From: a virus
DNA length: 64,000 nucleotides
IMG/VR virus record: IMGVR_UViG_3300021092_000026
Location: 10,852-74,851 of that record
Reading direction: 5' to 3' (one strand)
The notes beneath the pieces were generated by a model, which was given only the letters and a program-made list of their open reading frames with translations, was not told the DNA's origin and did no database searches. The position numbers were made by a program, and so were the translations under genes. This document shows positions 19,042-29,548 of the stretch, piece by piece; the stretch's first letter is position 1; every line of letters starts with the position of its first letter.

Positions 19042-20973
19042 CTAAAATAACGGAACAACTCTACCTCTAATATCTACATCAGGAAATTTAACCTCAAAAA
19101 TAGATGGGTCTTTTGCTGGATATATAACACCATTTCGTGTTGCTCTATTAATATCATATACATGTGGTGAATATATACCATCAAATTTATTAACTATTTG
19201 TAATCCACCCAAATTACCTACGCTTGGTCTAATAACAGTTTGAACTCCATCAACTCTATCTAATAAAACATACAAATCTGATAATAGTATAGGACCGTTT
19301 ATTTGACTATTTTCTTTACTAAAATATAATTTTAATTCATTAATACAATCTAATAAAACTTCGTTTGAATTATAGTTTGGTAAAACAATAATTTCAAAAT
19401 CAATACCAATGTTTATAATATACGCATTTTTAATATTTACCGCATCGGTCAACATCCTATGATATGAAATATAATTTTTAAGGTTTTGTTTGGTGGCTGG
19501 GTTCACATTTGCTATATTACCCTGTCCATCATAACCAAGAACATATAAATTTAATGCAAGTGGATTTGGAACTTGAAGAGAACCAACCGATGAACCACCG
19601 CTTCCGGCCGGGCTAATAGCTCTTATTTGATAATCAGGAGCTACATATGCTTTTGCTACTGCACCAAATTGTGGTGGCATAGCATATGCTCTTACAACAT
19701 AATCTTCAGCAGTAACGGCTCTACTTTGTGCAGCGAAAAATGCCATCGCATTATTTCTAATTTCATCCATATCATCATTTGATTTACCACCAGATGCGGG
19801 TTCTTCGTTTGTAACCGCAACCGAATTTCTGATTGTATTAAATTGTTGTGTGTTTGCTGGTGTAATTTCATTTTCAATTTCAATGTTTACAATTGTGGTT
19901 AAATCTTTGGATACAACATTATCAATTACACCCTGCCCAACTCTAGCGGTTACAGTTAAGGTTGTATTTGATGGTGCAGCACCATATGTTTTTGTATATA
20001 AAAAATTTGATGGGTCTAAATTTTGCGTTATGTTTCCAGTTGCTTTATATAAATTAGAACCAACATTTCCGGGATTTGGTAATAACTCTTCATCTGCATT
20101 TGATGATACTCCCGGCCCAAATTGTACTACTATAGAACCATTTTCTTCCACTCTAGTTATATATCTTTTAGGTACTTTTTTAAGCTTTAATAAATATGGA
20201 GTTTCCGACCCATATTGATTTAAACTAAGTGTATAATCGGTTGTATTTGGAACTTGCTCAAATACAGTTTCTTGAGCTAAATAATCTACTTTTGTCCAAA
20301 TATCACCATCATCATCAACAATTTTAATAACATCAATAATACCATCATCAATAATTTTAATTTTATCATATGGTTTTGGCGAACCAAATGTAAATGTGGC
20401 TATTTTATCTTCACCACTAACTACAGGAACACTTTTTTTAAATAAATAAAAAACAGGCTCATCGGTAATTTCGTTTATTTGATAAACCGATATTTCAGTT
20501 GGGTCAAAAGATGATGAATATGCAAAATCAATTTTTCTAGTTGTAGAAAACACCACATTTGGATTTTGAGTTGATGATACCTGCATCCCCTCTTTAATTT
20601 TTAAGGCATAATCTAAATCAGGTCTAACATTATTACCATTCCCAATGGCAGGAACTAACTGATAAACAATTAAATTTGTTGTAGCGGGTGAATAAAATTT
20701 TGGTTTATATCCCATCGATTGGGCTAACTGAAATAAGTTTCCATTTTCTTTTACTTGAGTAATAATTGATTCTCTTAATTGAACATCCGTATAATATGAT
20801 AGAACATCACCAACATACGATGCCATTTCCATAAACATCATTCCAGGAGATGATTCGTTAAAATCATTATAAGTGTTTGGATAATACTGTTTAGCAAAAT
20901 CTACTAAATTTTTTCTAAACGCGGAAAAATCCCTACCAATTAAACTAACTTCTTTTTGTGAATCATTTAACAT
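19042..20973 (-). CDS. Baseplate wedge protein (T4 gp6 / baseplate J-like)
   Basis: RDF..FRKNL..DFNESSPGMMFMEM..DVLSYY; AQSRAVTAEDY. Confidence 0.85.
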   Translation of the reverse strand: MLNDSQKEVSLIGRDFSAFRKNLVDFAKQYYPNTYNDFNESSPGMMFMEMASYVGDVLSYYTDVQLRESIITQVKENGNLFQLAQSMGYKPKFYSPATTNLIVYQLVPAIGNGNNVRPDLDYALKIKEGMQVSSTQNPNVVFSTTRKIDFAYSSSFDPTEISVYQINEITDEPVFYLFKKSVPVVSGEDKIATFTFGSPKPYDKIKIIDDGIIDVIKIVDDDGDIWTKVDYLAQETVFEQVPNTTDYTLSLNQYGSETPYLLKLKKVPKRYITRVEENGSIVVQFGPGVSSNADEELLPNPGNVGSNLYKATGNITQNLDPSNFLYTKTYGAAPSNTTLTVTARVGQGVIDNVVSKDLTTIVNIEIENEITPANTQQFNTIRNSVAVTNEEPASGGKSNDDMDEIRNNAMAFFAAQSRAVTAEDYVVRAYAMPPQFGAVAKAYVAPDYQIRAISPAGSGGSSVGSLQVPNPLALNLYVLGYDGQGNIANVNPATKQNLKNYISYHRMLTDAVNIKNAYIINIGIDFEIIVLPNYNSNEVLLDCINELKLYFSKENSQINGPILLSDLYVLLDRVDGVQTVIRPSVGNLGGLQIVNKFDGIYSPHVYDINRATRNGVIYPAKDPSIFEVKFPDVDIRGRVVPLF

Positions 20974-20982
20974 TTATTACTC

Positions 20983-21417
20983 CTAAGCTATGGATAATCC
21001 ACCCTGATTATCAACTTCTAAAACTATGGTTTGATTGGCACCCTGTGATGTAACTCTAAATTTTATTTTTATACTAACTTTATTAGAATCGGGCTCACTA
21101 TTAACATCAGCACTATCCAATAAAATATATGGAAGCCAAAAATTAATATCGTTTGTCAAAGAGTCCTCTAATGATGAATCTAAATCAGATTGGATATTTT
21201 CAAACAATAATGAATAAATATCCACACCAAAAAGTGGTTGGAATGGCCTTTCACCTTTTGTGGTTAAGAGTAGATTTTTTAAATTGGATATGGCTTGTTG
21301 TTCAGTTGTGTAACTTAATTTGAACATTGGGTTACCACCCAATGGTAACATCACACCAACAGCTTTATTTGGTTTTAAATCAATTGGATTAATTCTATAT
21401 TGTAATCGTCGTGCCAC
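20983..21417 (-). CDS. Baseplate gp25-like protein
   Basis: NLKNLLLTTKGERPFQPLFG..INFWLPYI. Confidence 0.85.
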   Translation of the reverse strand: MARRLQYRINPIDLKPNKAVGVMLPLGGNPMFKLSYTTEQQAISNLKNLLLTTKGERPFQPLFGVDIYSLLFENIQSDLDSSLEDSLTNDINFWLPYILLDSADVNSEPDSNKVSIKIKFRVTSQGANQTIVLEVDNQGGLSIA

Positions 21418-21420
21418 TCA

Positions 21421-21918
21421 TTACCTTTTCTTTTTATTATTCATTGCCTGCATTAAAGCTGAATAATCTTTTGTAAGTGCATCCACTACTGCAGCACCTG
21501 CTTCAGTTTGGGCTAATGTATTCATTGATACCGCTCTACCTTCCGAATCTTGCACAACCGATTCTTCCATAGAACCCATTTTTTTCATAGAACCAAATGA
21601 TTGTGCCATATCAGATGTAAATGACCTTCCACCACCTATATCCCTCCACTCACCACTTTGGAATGTTTCATTCAATATTGATGATATTGGTGAGTTGTTA
21701 TTAAATAACTTTTTTTGTGTTTGTGGTTTTTTTGTTTCAAACAAATGGTCTACATCTAATGGGTCTTTTTCCACCAATGGGGTGGTTTGTCTTATTGGTT
21801 GTTGTTTCAATTCTTTTATAATAGATTGTTTTAAAATCTTTTTTTCTTCAGCGAATCTTTTCTTAACCTCGCTTTCAACCAATATTTTAATAGCTTGAAT
21901 TAGTTTTTTTGTATCCAT
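21421..21918 (-). CDS. Hypothetical protein
   Basis: Intact ORF with the ATATTTAT motif immediately upstream. Confidence 0.7.
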   Translation of the reverse strand: MDTKKLIQAIKILVESEVKKRFAEEKKILKQSIIKELKQQPIRQTTPLVEKDPLDVDHLFETKKPQTQKKLFNNNSPISSILNETFQSGEWRDIGGGRSFTSDMAQSFGSMKKMGSMEESVVQDSEGRAVSMNTLAQTEAGAAVVDALTKDYSALMQAMNNKKKR

Positions 21919-21945
21919 AGTAATAAATATAATGTTTTATAATAA

Positions 21946-22890
21946 TTAACCAATACCTTTTTTAAGCTTCAATAGTATATTAGCAAGTTGTGGGTGTGGT
22001 AAGGTTGTTCCTCCTGTTGCCGTTGGAAATCCACCCCTTGCTAATGTTTCTATAGCAGATATAATTAAATTAATTGTAGTTGTATATTTCAATGTAGATA
22101 TAGCTACATCCTTTTTAGATGATAGTATAATATTATCAGATTTACTATTAAATATTAACCTATCAGAATTAATAATAACTTGTGGGTTTTTATATTCAGA
22201 TGTATTTTTTACTACAGATTTACTCGCTAATTTAGTTGCTACCTTTTGTTTTGTAGTCATCCATATAGATGAATCATCTTTGTTTATATTCTCAACAACA
22301 AATTTATCGTACCCCTTTTTATTAGTATCGTTTTGAGTATTTCTTATAATTGTAATTGGTGCACCAGAAACAGACGAATTCCATGATGGTGATCTTTGAG
22401 CCTCACTGTTTTTTGGCGTATAACCAAATCTTATTGATTGTCCAAACCTACCTTCAAATATGGTATCACCAATATAAGGTTGTAATTGCGATAAATTATT
22501 TACTTCTGAAAATCCTTTACCAAAATCTTTTGTATCATCATTAACACCGGATGTGTTTGATATTGGTTCTTCGTATGAGCTGATGTCAAATAATACTACC
22601 CCATTTTTAATCACTTTTGGTAAGGGATTGTTATTTAACGACCTTTGTAAAAAGGTGGGTGATATATAGTAAAATGAAAAACCACCCGCAAAAGGGTTAG
22701 ATCTAGAACTTAAAGCACTAATTAAATAAACCTGTTCACCTATAGTGGGTATTGATTTAATATAAGGGTTTAGTGGATAAGCAAATTCAGATGAAGTTGT
22801 ACTATCATCACGTTTAACTAAAACGCTTATTTTATAAATATCATCTGGATTACCATCCTTTAAAAATACTTCAACTACTTCGCCAAGCAT
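21946..22890 (-). CDS. Putative baseplate hub/spike (gp5/gpV-like) protein
   Basis: N-terminal OB-like AYPL..P.IGEQV; C-terminal beta repeats VIINSDRLIFNSK; baseplate context. Confidence 0.5.
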   Translation of the reverse strand: MLGEVVEVFLKDGNPDDIYKISVLVKRDDSTTSSEFAYPLNPYIKSIPTIGEQVYLISALSSRSNPFAGGFSFYYISPTFLQRSLNNNPLPKVIKNGVVLFDISSYEEPISNTSGVNDDTKDFGKGFSEVNNLSQLQPYIGDTIFEGRFGQSIRFGYTPKNSEAQRSPSWNSSVSGAPITIIRNTQNDTNKKGYDKFVVENINKDDSSIWMTTKQKVATKLASKSVVKNTSEYKNPQVIINSDRLIFNSKSDNIILSSKKDVAISTLKYTTTINLIISAIETLARGGFPTATGGTTLPHPQLANILLKLKKGIG

Positions 22891-23249
22891 TATTCATCCT
22901 CATCTTTTTTTAGGGATTCTAATTTTTCATCTACATCCCTACTAGCTTCTAACAACTGTTTCTTTTCTTCTTCTGATAGTAGTAACCCATCATCAGAACC
23001 ACCCTTATCCAATAGTTTTTGTGCAATCGCAGCCAACCTTACTAATTGGTCATCATTCTTTACTGATACCTCTAAGTATTCCTTAATCAACGGAACTACT
23101 ACTGATGCATCATTTAGATTTTTAACCAATGGTTCTAATTGAGCAATCAGTAATTTTATCTGTCTATCTTTTTTACGGGAGTTATCATATACATCTTTTA
23201 ATAACGATGAAAATGTCGTCCCTTTAAATATATCATCATCCTTCTTCAT
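22890..23249 (-). CDS. Hypothetical helical protein
   Basis: Intact ORF overlapping its neighbours. Confidence 0.7.
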   Translation of the reverse strand: MKKDDDIFKGTTFSSLLKDVYDNSRKKDRQIKLLIAQLEPLVKNLNDASVVVPLIKEYLEVSVKNDDQLVRLAAIAQKLLDKGGSDDGLLLSEEEKKQLLEASRDVDEKLESLKKDEDE

Positions 23250-23967
23250 AATACCTTTCTATATTGTGGTTTAATTTTAGAATACCATTTTTGGTATATT
23301 CAGAATTTAATTCCACAAATATTATTTTCATTTTTCCTATAACCCTTGTAATATACTGCGTATTTACTCCTGTCCTATCTCTAATAAGTATATAAAGTGC
23401 CTTTTTATTATAAGAATATAAATCTTTCCTGGTACGGAATAGTTCGTTTACTGAATCCGCTATTCTCCTATCCCTTTCTTTTACAAAAAGTTTATTTAGA
23501 TTTAAATCTATATAATCCACAAAGTAATCCATAAAATCAGATTTTTCTTCTATTGCTTCATATTCTGCAACTTCATTGGGAACATTTCTACCAATATCTA
23601 CAGCATCTAAATTTTCTTGAGCTTTCATCTTCGCATAGTTTGCGTTATTTTCATTGAATAAAAAGTTTCTTGCAATTACAGTGAAATAAGAAAATGCTTT
23701 TCCTTTATCTCCCTTAAATTTATGCATCTTTTCATTTAGAAACGCAACCACAGAGGCTTTTACATCCTCATATGAATCATCAAAGTAGTAGGTTTTGTAA
23801 GTATGTATTACATTCTCCGCAAGCTTATCAAACGGATATTCTATAAATCTATTGTAGATACGATTTTTTTTATCAACATCATCCAAATTATTATATGCGT
23901 TTATAGCTATTTCAGTTATATTCGTAAAATACCTATTGCTCTTCGGTGATTTCGCTTTTCTTCCCAT
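23236..23967 (-). CDS. Putative phage RNA polymerase sigma factor (gp55-like)
   Basis: Region-2-like KMHKFKGDKGKAFSYFTVIARNFL. Confidence 0.6.
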   Translation of the reverse strand: MGRKAKSPKSNRYFTNITEIAINAYNNLDDVDKKNRIYNRFIEYPFDKLAENVIHTYKTYYFDDSYEDVKASVVAFLNEKMHKFKGDKGKAFSYFTVIARNFLFNENNANYAKMKAQENLDAVDIGRNVPNEVAEYEAIEEKSDFMDYFVDYIDLNLNKLFVKERDRRIADSVNELFRTRKDLYSYNKKALYILIRDRTGVNTQYITRVIGKMKIIFVELNSEYTKNGILKLNHNIERYYEEG

Positions 23968-24247
23968 AATACCCGTCCAATTCTTCTATAATACTATACA
24001 TTTCTCTAAATACATAACCAGTCTCATCATCGGCTTCAAACGAACCAATTCTATCTATTGATTTCATTTTATCCATTGCATTTTGAATCCTTTCTTGCAT
24101 TGAATCCAAAATTGTATCGGCCTGAGTATATTCTTTTTCTAACTCATCCAAACTATCTTCAACTGCTTCTAATTTTCGTAGTAGATTCCATACAAAGAAA
24201 CCTAAAACCACATCCGTTAAAAACAATATCACCAAAAGCGTTACCAT
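23933..24247 (-). CDS. Membrane-anchored coiled-coil protein
   Basis: N-terminal hydrophobic helix followed by an acidic coiled coil. Confidence 0.6.
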   Translation of the reverse strand: MVTLLVILFLTDVVLGFFVWNLLRKLEAVEDSLDELEKEYTQADTILDSMQERIQNAMDKMKSIDRIGSFEADDETGYVFREMYSIIEELDGYYGKKSEITEEQ

Positions 24248-24248
24248 A

Positions 24249-25055
24249 TTAATCCTCCATTATATCTTTAAACGCATCAAACACCATATCAACCTTTGGT
24301 TTATCATCTTCAGATTTTTGAGATACTATCTTTTCAAATTTAGATAACCCATTCGGTTTTCCGTTTGTATTAAGAGTTCCTCTCGTACCTTTTAACTTTT
24401 TACCTTCAACCACCCAACGATTATACTCATACTTTGAAGCCATAAAATCGGCTTGATGTAAAATATGTGGTAAAAATGTTTTTAGTTGATTTTCAGGCTG
24501 AAAACTTTTATAATAACTTTCGGTGGATGTATCATATAAACCATCCGTTAATCGGATAGCAAGATACTCTTCTTCTGAACATTTAACACCAAAGTGATTT
24601 AGTAGAAAGAATGTACGGTCGTGAATCTCCATCCAATGTAGGTTTGGGTTTGATTTATAAATCTTACCCTGATTCTTTACATGCCATTCCGAATCATTCT
24701 TTTTATACCAATCATCTTCAACTGAACCTACCTTACCTAAATCGTGATGAAGGGCTGCAAATACAACCGATTCTCTTGTAATATCATTGGTAATCATATC
24801 TAACTCTTTCCAAAGTTCAAATACCTTTAATGCATTACGAGTTACCCTCATTATATGGTCAATATATCCGCCGGGAAAAGCATTATGAAAATGTTCAAAC
24901 GATGAAGCGGGTGTATAAATAATCCTCTCTTCAAAGTGGTCATACATTTTATTTAGGGCATCCAATCGTTCACCACTAAATTCCTGATTAATAAATTTTC
25001 TGAACTTTTTGTAATTCTCCAGTAGTTCTTCTGGTGAGAAAAAATCAAAATACAT
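24249..25055 (-). CDS. HD-domain phosphohydrolase
   Basis: HNAFPGGYIDH, ALHHDLGK, LHQAD. Confidence 0.85.
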   Translation of the reverse strand: MYFDFFSPEELLENYKKFRKFINQEFSGERLDALNKMYDHFEERIIYTPASSFEHFHNAFPGGYIDHIMRVTRNALKVFELWKELDMITNDITRESVVFAALHHDLGKVGSVEDDWYKKNDSEWHVKNQGKIYKSNPNLHWMEIHDRTFFLLNHFGVKCSEEEYLAIRLTDGLYDTSTESYYKSFQPENQLKTFLPHILHQADFMASKYEYNRWVVEGKKLKGTRGTLNTNGKPNGLSKFEKIVSQKSEDDKPKVDMVFDAFKDIMED

Positions 25056-25057
25056 AA

Positions 25058-25681
25058 TTAAATAATTTTATCAATAATTCCTAACTCCAATGCTTCTTCT
25101 GCGGATAAGAATAAATCACTTTGCTGATTTGATTGCCACCAATCTTTTGACTTCTTTGTAAATTCAGCCATCATACTATTACACTCTTCTTCTAACCTAT
25201 CAGCGAATTTGGCATTTGATTTTACATCACTTAATTTACCTGCTGCAAAAGTAGATAATTGGTGAACCATAATCTTTGAATGCTTTGATGCTGCTCTAAC
25301 CCCAGTACCTGCTGCGAGTAAAAGAGCCGCTGCTGACATTGCAATACCCCTACAAATAATATTGAATTTCATATCTTTGTTTCCTCTGATATAATCAATA
25401 ATACCAAGCGTTTCTACAACATCACCTCCGCCTGAATTTAGTAGGATATTAATTGTAGTTGTTTCGGAGTTTACTTTCTTTAACAATCTTACCTTAGCAA
25501 TAAATTCGGGTAGTAATCCCATTTGAATTTCATCGCAAATTACGATAACATTATCGGTTAAATCAATACCATAATCAAACTCCCTAAAAAAGTGTTTGTG
25601 TGGGTCGCTATCATCCCCACTATCATTTTTATAATCAAATTTTACATTTGGGGAGCTGGTGGTATAAAGTTCATCTATCAT
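25058..25681 (-). CDS. clpP: ClpP-like protease subunit
   Basis: NSGGGDV, catalytic Ser in AMSAA, MVHQ, DLFLSAEEALELGIID. Confidence 0.85.
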   Translation of the reverse strand: MIDELYTTSSPNVKFDYKNDSGDDSDPHKHFFREFDYGIDLTDNVIVICDEIQMGLLPEFIAKVRLLKKVNSETTTINILLNSGGGDVVETLGIIDYIRGNKDMKFNIICRGIAMSAAALLLAAGTGVRAASKHSKIMVHQLSTFAAGKLSDVKSNAKFADRLEEECNSMMAEFTKKSKDWWQSNQQSDLFLSAEEALELGIIDKII

Positions 25682-25752
25682 AAATTATTCGTTTAAATTT
25701 TACACAATATACAACAAAAAGTGTATATTACCAAATTATTTTTAGTTTTTTA

Positions 25753-26751
25753 TTATCTGTATCTATCTGCGCCGGTTTTTCGATAAGTATGCGTTGGTGT
25801 TTGGGGTGATACTTCATTATATAAATTTACGGCTTCTTCGGTAGTTGGTTCAAATACTACATCAGGTTTTTCTTCTTTAGTTTCCACAACCGGTTCTTTA
25901 ATTTCTTCTTTGGGATTGATAACCACTTCTTTTTTGATAGGTATTTCTTCAATAGGTTTAATTTCCTCTACCTTTATTTCTTTAATAAGTTTATTTAAGG
26001 CTATGACCATAGAGATTGCTAATGGGTCAAATACCAATACAATTAATAATGTAAACCAATTTACAATTCTATCCATACCCCATCCCGTCAACTTATCTAA
26101 ATATCTAAGTGGACCTATTTCTGAAGCAACTACATTATTTGATTCCTTATCCAATATTTGTAAATCTAATGAAGTCAATGAATCATTCAACGATTCTATT
26201 TTTAGGGTTAAGTTATCTCTTTGCTGAACTGCTAATTTTAATTCACTACTCAAAGCCCTTCTTTGTGATATAGCCCCTCGTTCGGTTTGAGAGTTATTAT
26301 TTGCTAATCCACCCCTCAAAGATGATATGGATGTTTCTAATAATTTTTTCTCACTATTCAAATCAGCCAACTGTTCCTTAAATCTATTTCGTTTCACATC
26401 CACAACACCAACCTCTTTATTAAGGATAGTAAATTTATCGCTTGTGGTTTGATATGCGGAAGTCAAAAAACCATATATACCCAATGATGTTATCATCATT
26501 AAAATTACAACAGCTGAAACCATATACCATTTTAACCAACCAATTACCTTCCAATAATTGTGGAGGTATGAAGCAAGAATTATTTTTGCAAATTCTAATG
26601 CCCCCGCCATTATAATTACTTCGGTTCTTGCTCCAGCAAAAAGTGAACTAAGTCCGAATATAGAATAGTATGCTGCTGAACCAGCAAGTATAACTGTAGA
26701 TAATATCATTAAGATTATGAAACCATTTTTTCTCGTAAAAAAATTTTTCAT
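25753..26751 (-). CDS. Multi-pass membrane protein with coiled coil
   Basis: Three N-terminal TM helices, coiled coil, EIGPLRY, fourth TM (LVFDPLAI). Confidence 0.7.
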   Translation of the reverse strand: MKNFFTRKNGFIILMILSTVILAGSAAYYSIFGLSSLFAGARTEVIIMAGALEFAKIILASYLHNYWKVIGWLKWYMVSAVVILMMITSLGIYGFLTSAYQTTSDKFTILNKEVGVVDVKRNRFKEQLADLNSEKKLLETSISSLRGGLANNNSQTERGAISQRRALSSELKLAVQQRDNLTLKIESLNDSLTSLDLQILDKESNNVVASEIGPLRYLDKLTGWGMDRIVNWFTLLIVLVFDPLAISMVIALNKLIKEIKVEEIKPIEEIPIKKEVVINPKEEIKEPVVETKEEKPDVVFEPTTEEAVNLYNEVSPQTPTHTYRKTGADRYR

Positions 26752-26895
26752 ATGTTATTCCATTTTTTTAACTTTATTAACTTTCCCAGTTGTATTTATT
26801 ATCAAATCTTTTGATATCAATATTGACTGTAAACAACAAGAGAAACTTGAAATATTAAATAAATATCCAAAAAATAGATAATAACCTTAAACGGG

Positions 26896-27789
26896 TTAAT
26901 TATGTCCATACTGATTTAAGTAATTAAGAACCGCTAATTCTTTCATTTTAGCTTCTACTTCAATATCCAAATCGTAACCATAGGTTTCAATTTTGTTTGA
27001 AATGTAATCCGAATGCGCTTGGGGGATTTTACCTATAGCTGATTCTGAATAATGAACCACAGGTTTAATACCATCCGGCCAAGTACTCATTGCTAACTCT
27101 AAAGCCTCCTGCTCCGATAAACCACCGGTGCAAAACTTGTGGTGGTGATAATCAAATACAATTGGAATACCAGTCCTTTGGTGGATATACATCAGGTCCT
27201 TTACCGAATACATACTAGCCTTATCATCGTTCTCCACTGTGAGCCTACTACGAACCGCATCAGGCAACCTTTCAAAGTTCCGACAGAACCTATCCATCGC
27301 TGATTCTTTATCCCCATAGACACCATTACAATGGATATTAATGACATTATAGGGTGTCCTACTCAACCCCATCAGGTCAAAGACCTCCCCATGCAGCGAT
27401 AAATCCGTTATGGTGTTCATTACCACCCTTTCATTGGGTGAAACAAGCACATTAAAGGGGCCAGGGTGAGATGTAATTCGTTGTCCATAGTTGGATACCA
27501 ACACCCCAGCACCCTTCAGGAGATTGGATATAGGAGCAAAATGCGGCATATCTGATAGTGGGTATTCGGATGACCAAGGGAATAGATTGGAGGTGATTCT
27601 GAAGAGTTTTATACCCATCTTTTCGTTCCATTTGATGATTTCTATCAGGTCACGGGTGTTCTGCAACCCAAGTTCCGAAGCCCTACCAATACCCTCTTTT
27701 AAAAAGGTTTTCCTAATCATACCCCTATTGGTGGTAATCTTTTTCTTGCCCAAAGTCATATTGATGCAAGCGTATCCTAAGTTTGACAT
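26896..27789 (-). CDS. uvsE: UV damage endonuclease
   Basis: LGYACIN, TSHPGPF, LTVENDD, FDYHHH, HYSES, AHSDY, EAKMKE; true start MSNLG at 27789. Confidence 0.93.
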   Translation of the reverse strand: MSNLGYACINMTLGKKKITTNRGMIRKTFLKEGIGRASELGLQNTRDLIEIIKWNEKMGIKLFRITSNLFPWSSEYPLSDMPHFAPISNLLKGAGVLVSNYGQRITSHPGPFNVLVSPNERVVMNTITDLSLHGEVFDLMGLSRTPYNVINIHCNGVYGDKESAMDRFCRNFERLPDAVRSRLTVENDDKASMYSVKDLMYIHQRTGIPIVFDYHHHKFCTGGLSEQEALELAMSTWPDGIKPVVHYSESAIGKIPQAHSDYISNKIETYGYDLDIEVEAKMKELAVLNYLNQYGHN

Positions 27790-27820
27790 AGTTTTTGATT
27801 TAGATACTACAAATATAATG

Positions 27821-27846
27821 AAAAAAGGGGATTTTTCCAAATCCCC
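27821..27846 (-). terminator. Rho-independent terminator after hsp20, overlapping the uvsE -33 element
   Basis: Minus strand GGGGATTT-GGAA-AAATCCCC-TTTTTT. Confidence 0.75.
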
Positions 27847-27869
27847 CATATTAAATTTTGATTAATTTT

Positions 27870-28414
27870 TTAAAAGATTATAACCCAAGGGCGCGGGTTT
27901 TATTACTTAATTTTTAGTGCTTTTGGTTTTGATTCTTCAGCAAATGGAATACTGATTTTAAGTAAACCATCCTTCATACTTGCTTCTGCTGAATTCAAAT
28001 CATATTTACGAGCAATCTTATATCCCAAATTAAAGGAACGCTTTGAAATTCCTTTGTGAATATAATTTACTACAGCTTCTTTGGCTTCATCTTTTTTAGA
28101 ATAAGAAACCCTTAATAAATCGCCTTCAATATTGATATCAATATCTTCTTTACATAACCCCGTTCCGGCGATTTCAAAACATAAACCTTCTTTGGTTTCG
28201 TAGATATCTACGGGGTGGCCGATTTTTACATCCATCGCTGGTGCGAAAAATGAATCGTTTGTGAAAAAATTTTTCACCAAAATATCAAATGGTGAAAGTG
28301 GTAATTCTTTAATGTGTGTCATAATAGTCCTTAAATCTATTTTAATTGTTAAACATAATTTTAATTTTGACCCCTTTCGGTAGTCGGTTGCGCCCTTAGG
28401 TTACACTCTTTTAA
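27870..28414 (-). promoter_or_regulatory. 25-bp inverted repeat flanking hsp20 (27870-27894 and 28390-28414)
   Basis: On the mRNA the arms pair with two G-U wobbles and one mismatch. Confidence 0.75.
27903..28322 (-). CDS. Small heat shock protein Hsp20
   Basis: PVDIYE, YIHKGISKRSF, ASMKDGLLKISIP. Confidence 0.93.
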   Translation of the reverse strand: MTHIKELPLSPFDILVKNFFTNDSFFAPAMDVKIGHPVDIYETKEGLCFEIAGTGLCKEDIDINIEGDLLRVSYSKKDEAKEAVVNYIHKGISKRSFNLGYKIARKYDLNSAEASMKDGLLKISIPFAEESKPKALKIK

Positions 28415-28438
28415 TATATATCAAAAATCATACCAAAG

Positions 28439-28660
28439 TTATTTGTATCTTGAATTGTGTAATTGAAACAAATAATCTTTTGCCTGAGTTTGAGTTCGGG
28501 TGGATGTTAAATAAATTTCTATACCATTTAATGGTTTAATTAAATAACATCTAAATTCATCTTTCATAACTGAATTTATATTGAAAAAAGATTTTGAATC
28601 CTTTTTATATCTTATCTGACCAAATATACCATTACCAAAATCAAACTCATCAACTATCAT
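28439..28660 (-). CDS. Hypothetical protein
   Basis: Intact ORF on the coding strand. Confidence 0.55.
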   Translation of the reverse strand: MIVDEFDFGNGIFGQIRYKKDSKSFFNINSVMKDEFRCYLIKPLNGIEIYLTSTRTQTQAKDYLFQLHNSRYK

Positions 28661-28663
28661 AAA

Positions 28664-29050
28664 TTAGTTTAGTGATGTTGGTGGTCCTTGTCCTATTACT
28701 AAAAATCTATGGGTATCACCATTTGGTGTTCTTACCATATCATGCCTTTTAAGTATAAATCCATCACAAAATAATTTAACTAATACAGGTGTTATATCTT
28801 CACCACTCATAGATTGAATTTTTATGAACCTTTTATTTTTATCATCGTTATCATAATTAGAAAATAACGATTCCAACATATCAGCTTCTAAAGCATCTTC
28901 CTCTGAAGATTCTAATATATCATCTTCTTCATCACCAAGCTTATCAAAAAAGCCTGAATACATATCGGAAAAATAGATAAGTTTATCTCTTGGTGAAAGA
29001 GATTTATAGAAATCATACTCCTGTTCATTCCAAAAAACTTCCATATTCAT
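28664..29050 (-). CDS. Hypothetical acidic protein
   Basis: Intact ORF. Confidence 0.65.
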   Translation of the reverse strand: MNMEVFWNEQEYDFYKSLSPRDKLIYFSDMYSGFFDKLGDEEDDILESSEEDALEADMLESLFSNYDNDDKNKRFIKIQSMSGEDITPVLVKLFCDGFILKRHDMVRTPNGDTHRFLVIGQGPPTSLN

Positions 29051-29062
29051 ACTAATAAATAG

Positions 29063-29548
29063 TTAATCTTTTTTATATTGTTCGTTCAACCAAACTAAAA
29101 TTTCTTTGGATACTGCGTAATCACTTTCGGTAATATACTCATCAATTATCCATACAACCTCTTCCAATACCTCATTTTTATTGTAGTATGTTTTATTCAA
29201 AATAAGTTGCAACCTTTCTCGCATCTTATTCCTATAATTTTCATCTATCTCTACTTCGGTTGGAAAGAAAACTGTTTTAAGATTATTCTTTACTAAAGTA
29301 TAATATGGTTCTTTTTTCTTTTTTATTATATCAACACAATTGGCAATATACTTATCAAAGGTTTCTTTGTTTAAAAGAATTGATTCTTTATCCGTTGGGT
29401 TTTCTATTTGTACCATTGGTCCTTTAGTTGATGGACTAATAGCAATTGAGTGTGATGTGTGTGGGTCCGGTTTAAATCCATATCCACCAAACAAAGCCTC
29501 TTTTAATTTTTCAAATTCAGTAGTGCTTTGAGTTGGTTTTGGACCCAT
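29063..29548 (-). CDS. Hypothetical protein
   Basis: Intact ORF. Confidence 0.65.
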   Translation of the reverse strand: MGPKPTQSTTEFEKLKEALFGGYGFKPDPHTSHSIAISPSTKGPMVQIENPTDKESILLNKETFDKYIANCVDIIKKKKEPYYTLVKNNLKTVFFPTEVEIDENYRNKMRERLQLILNKTYYNKNEVLEEVVWIIDEYITESDYAVSKEILVWLNEQYKKD

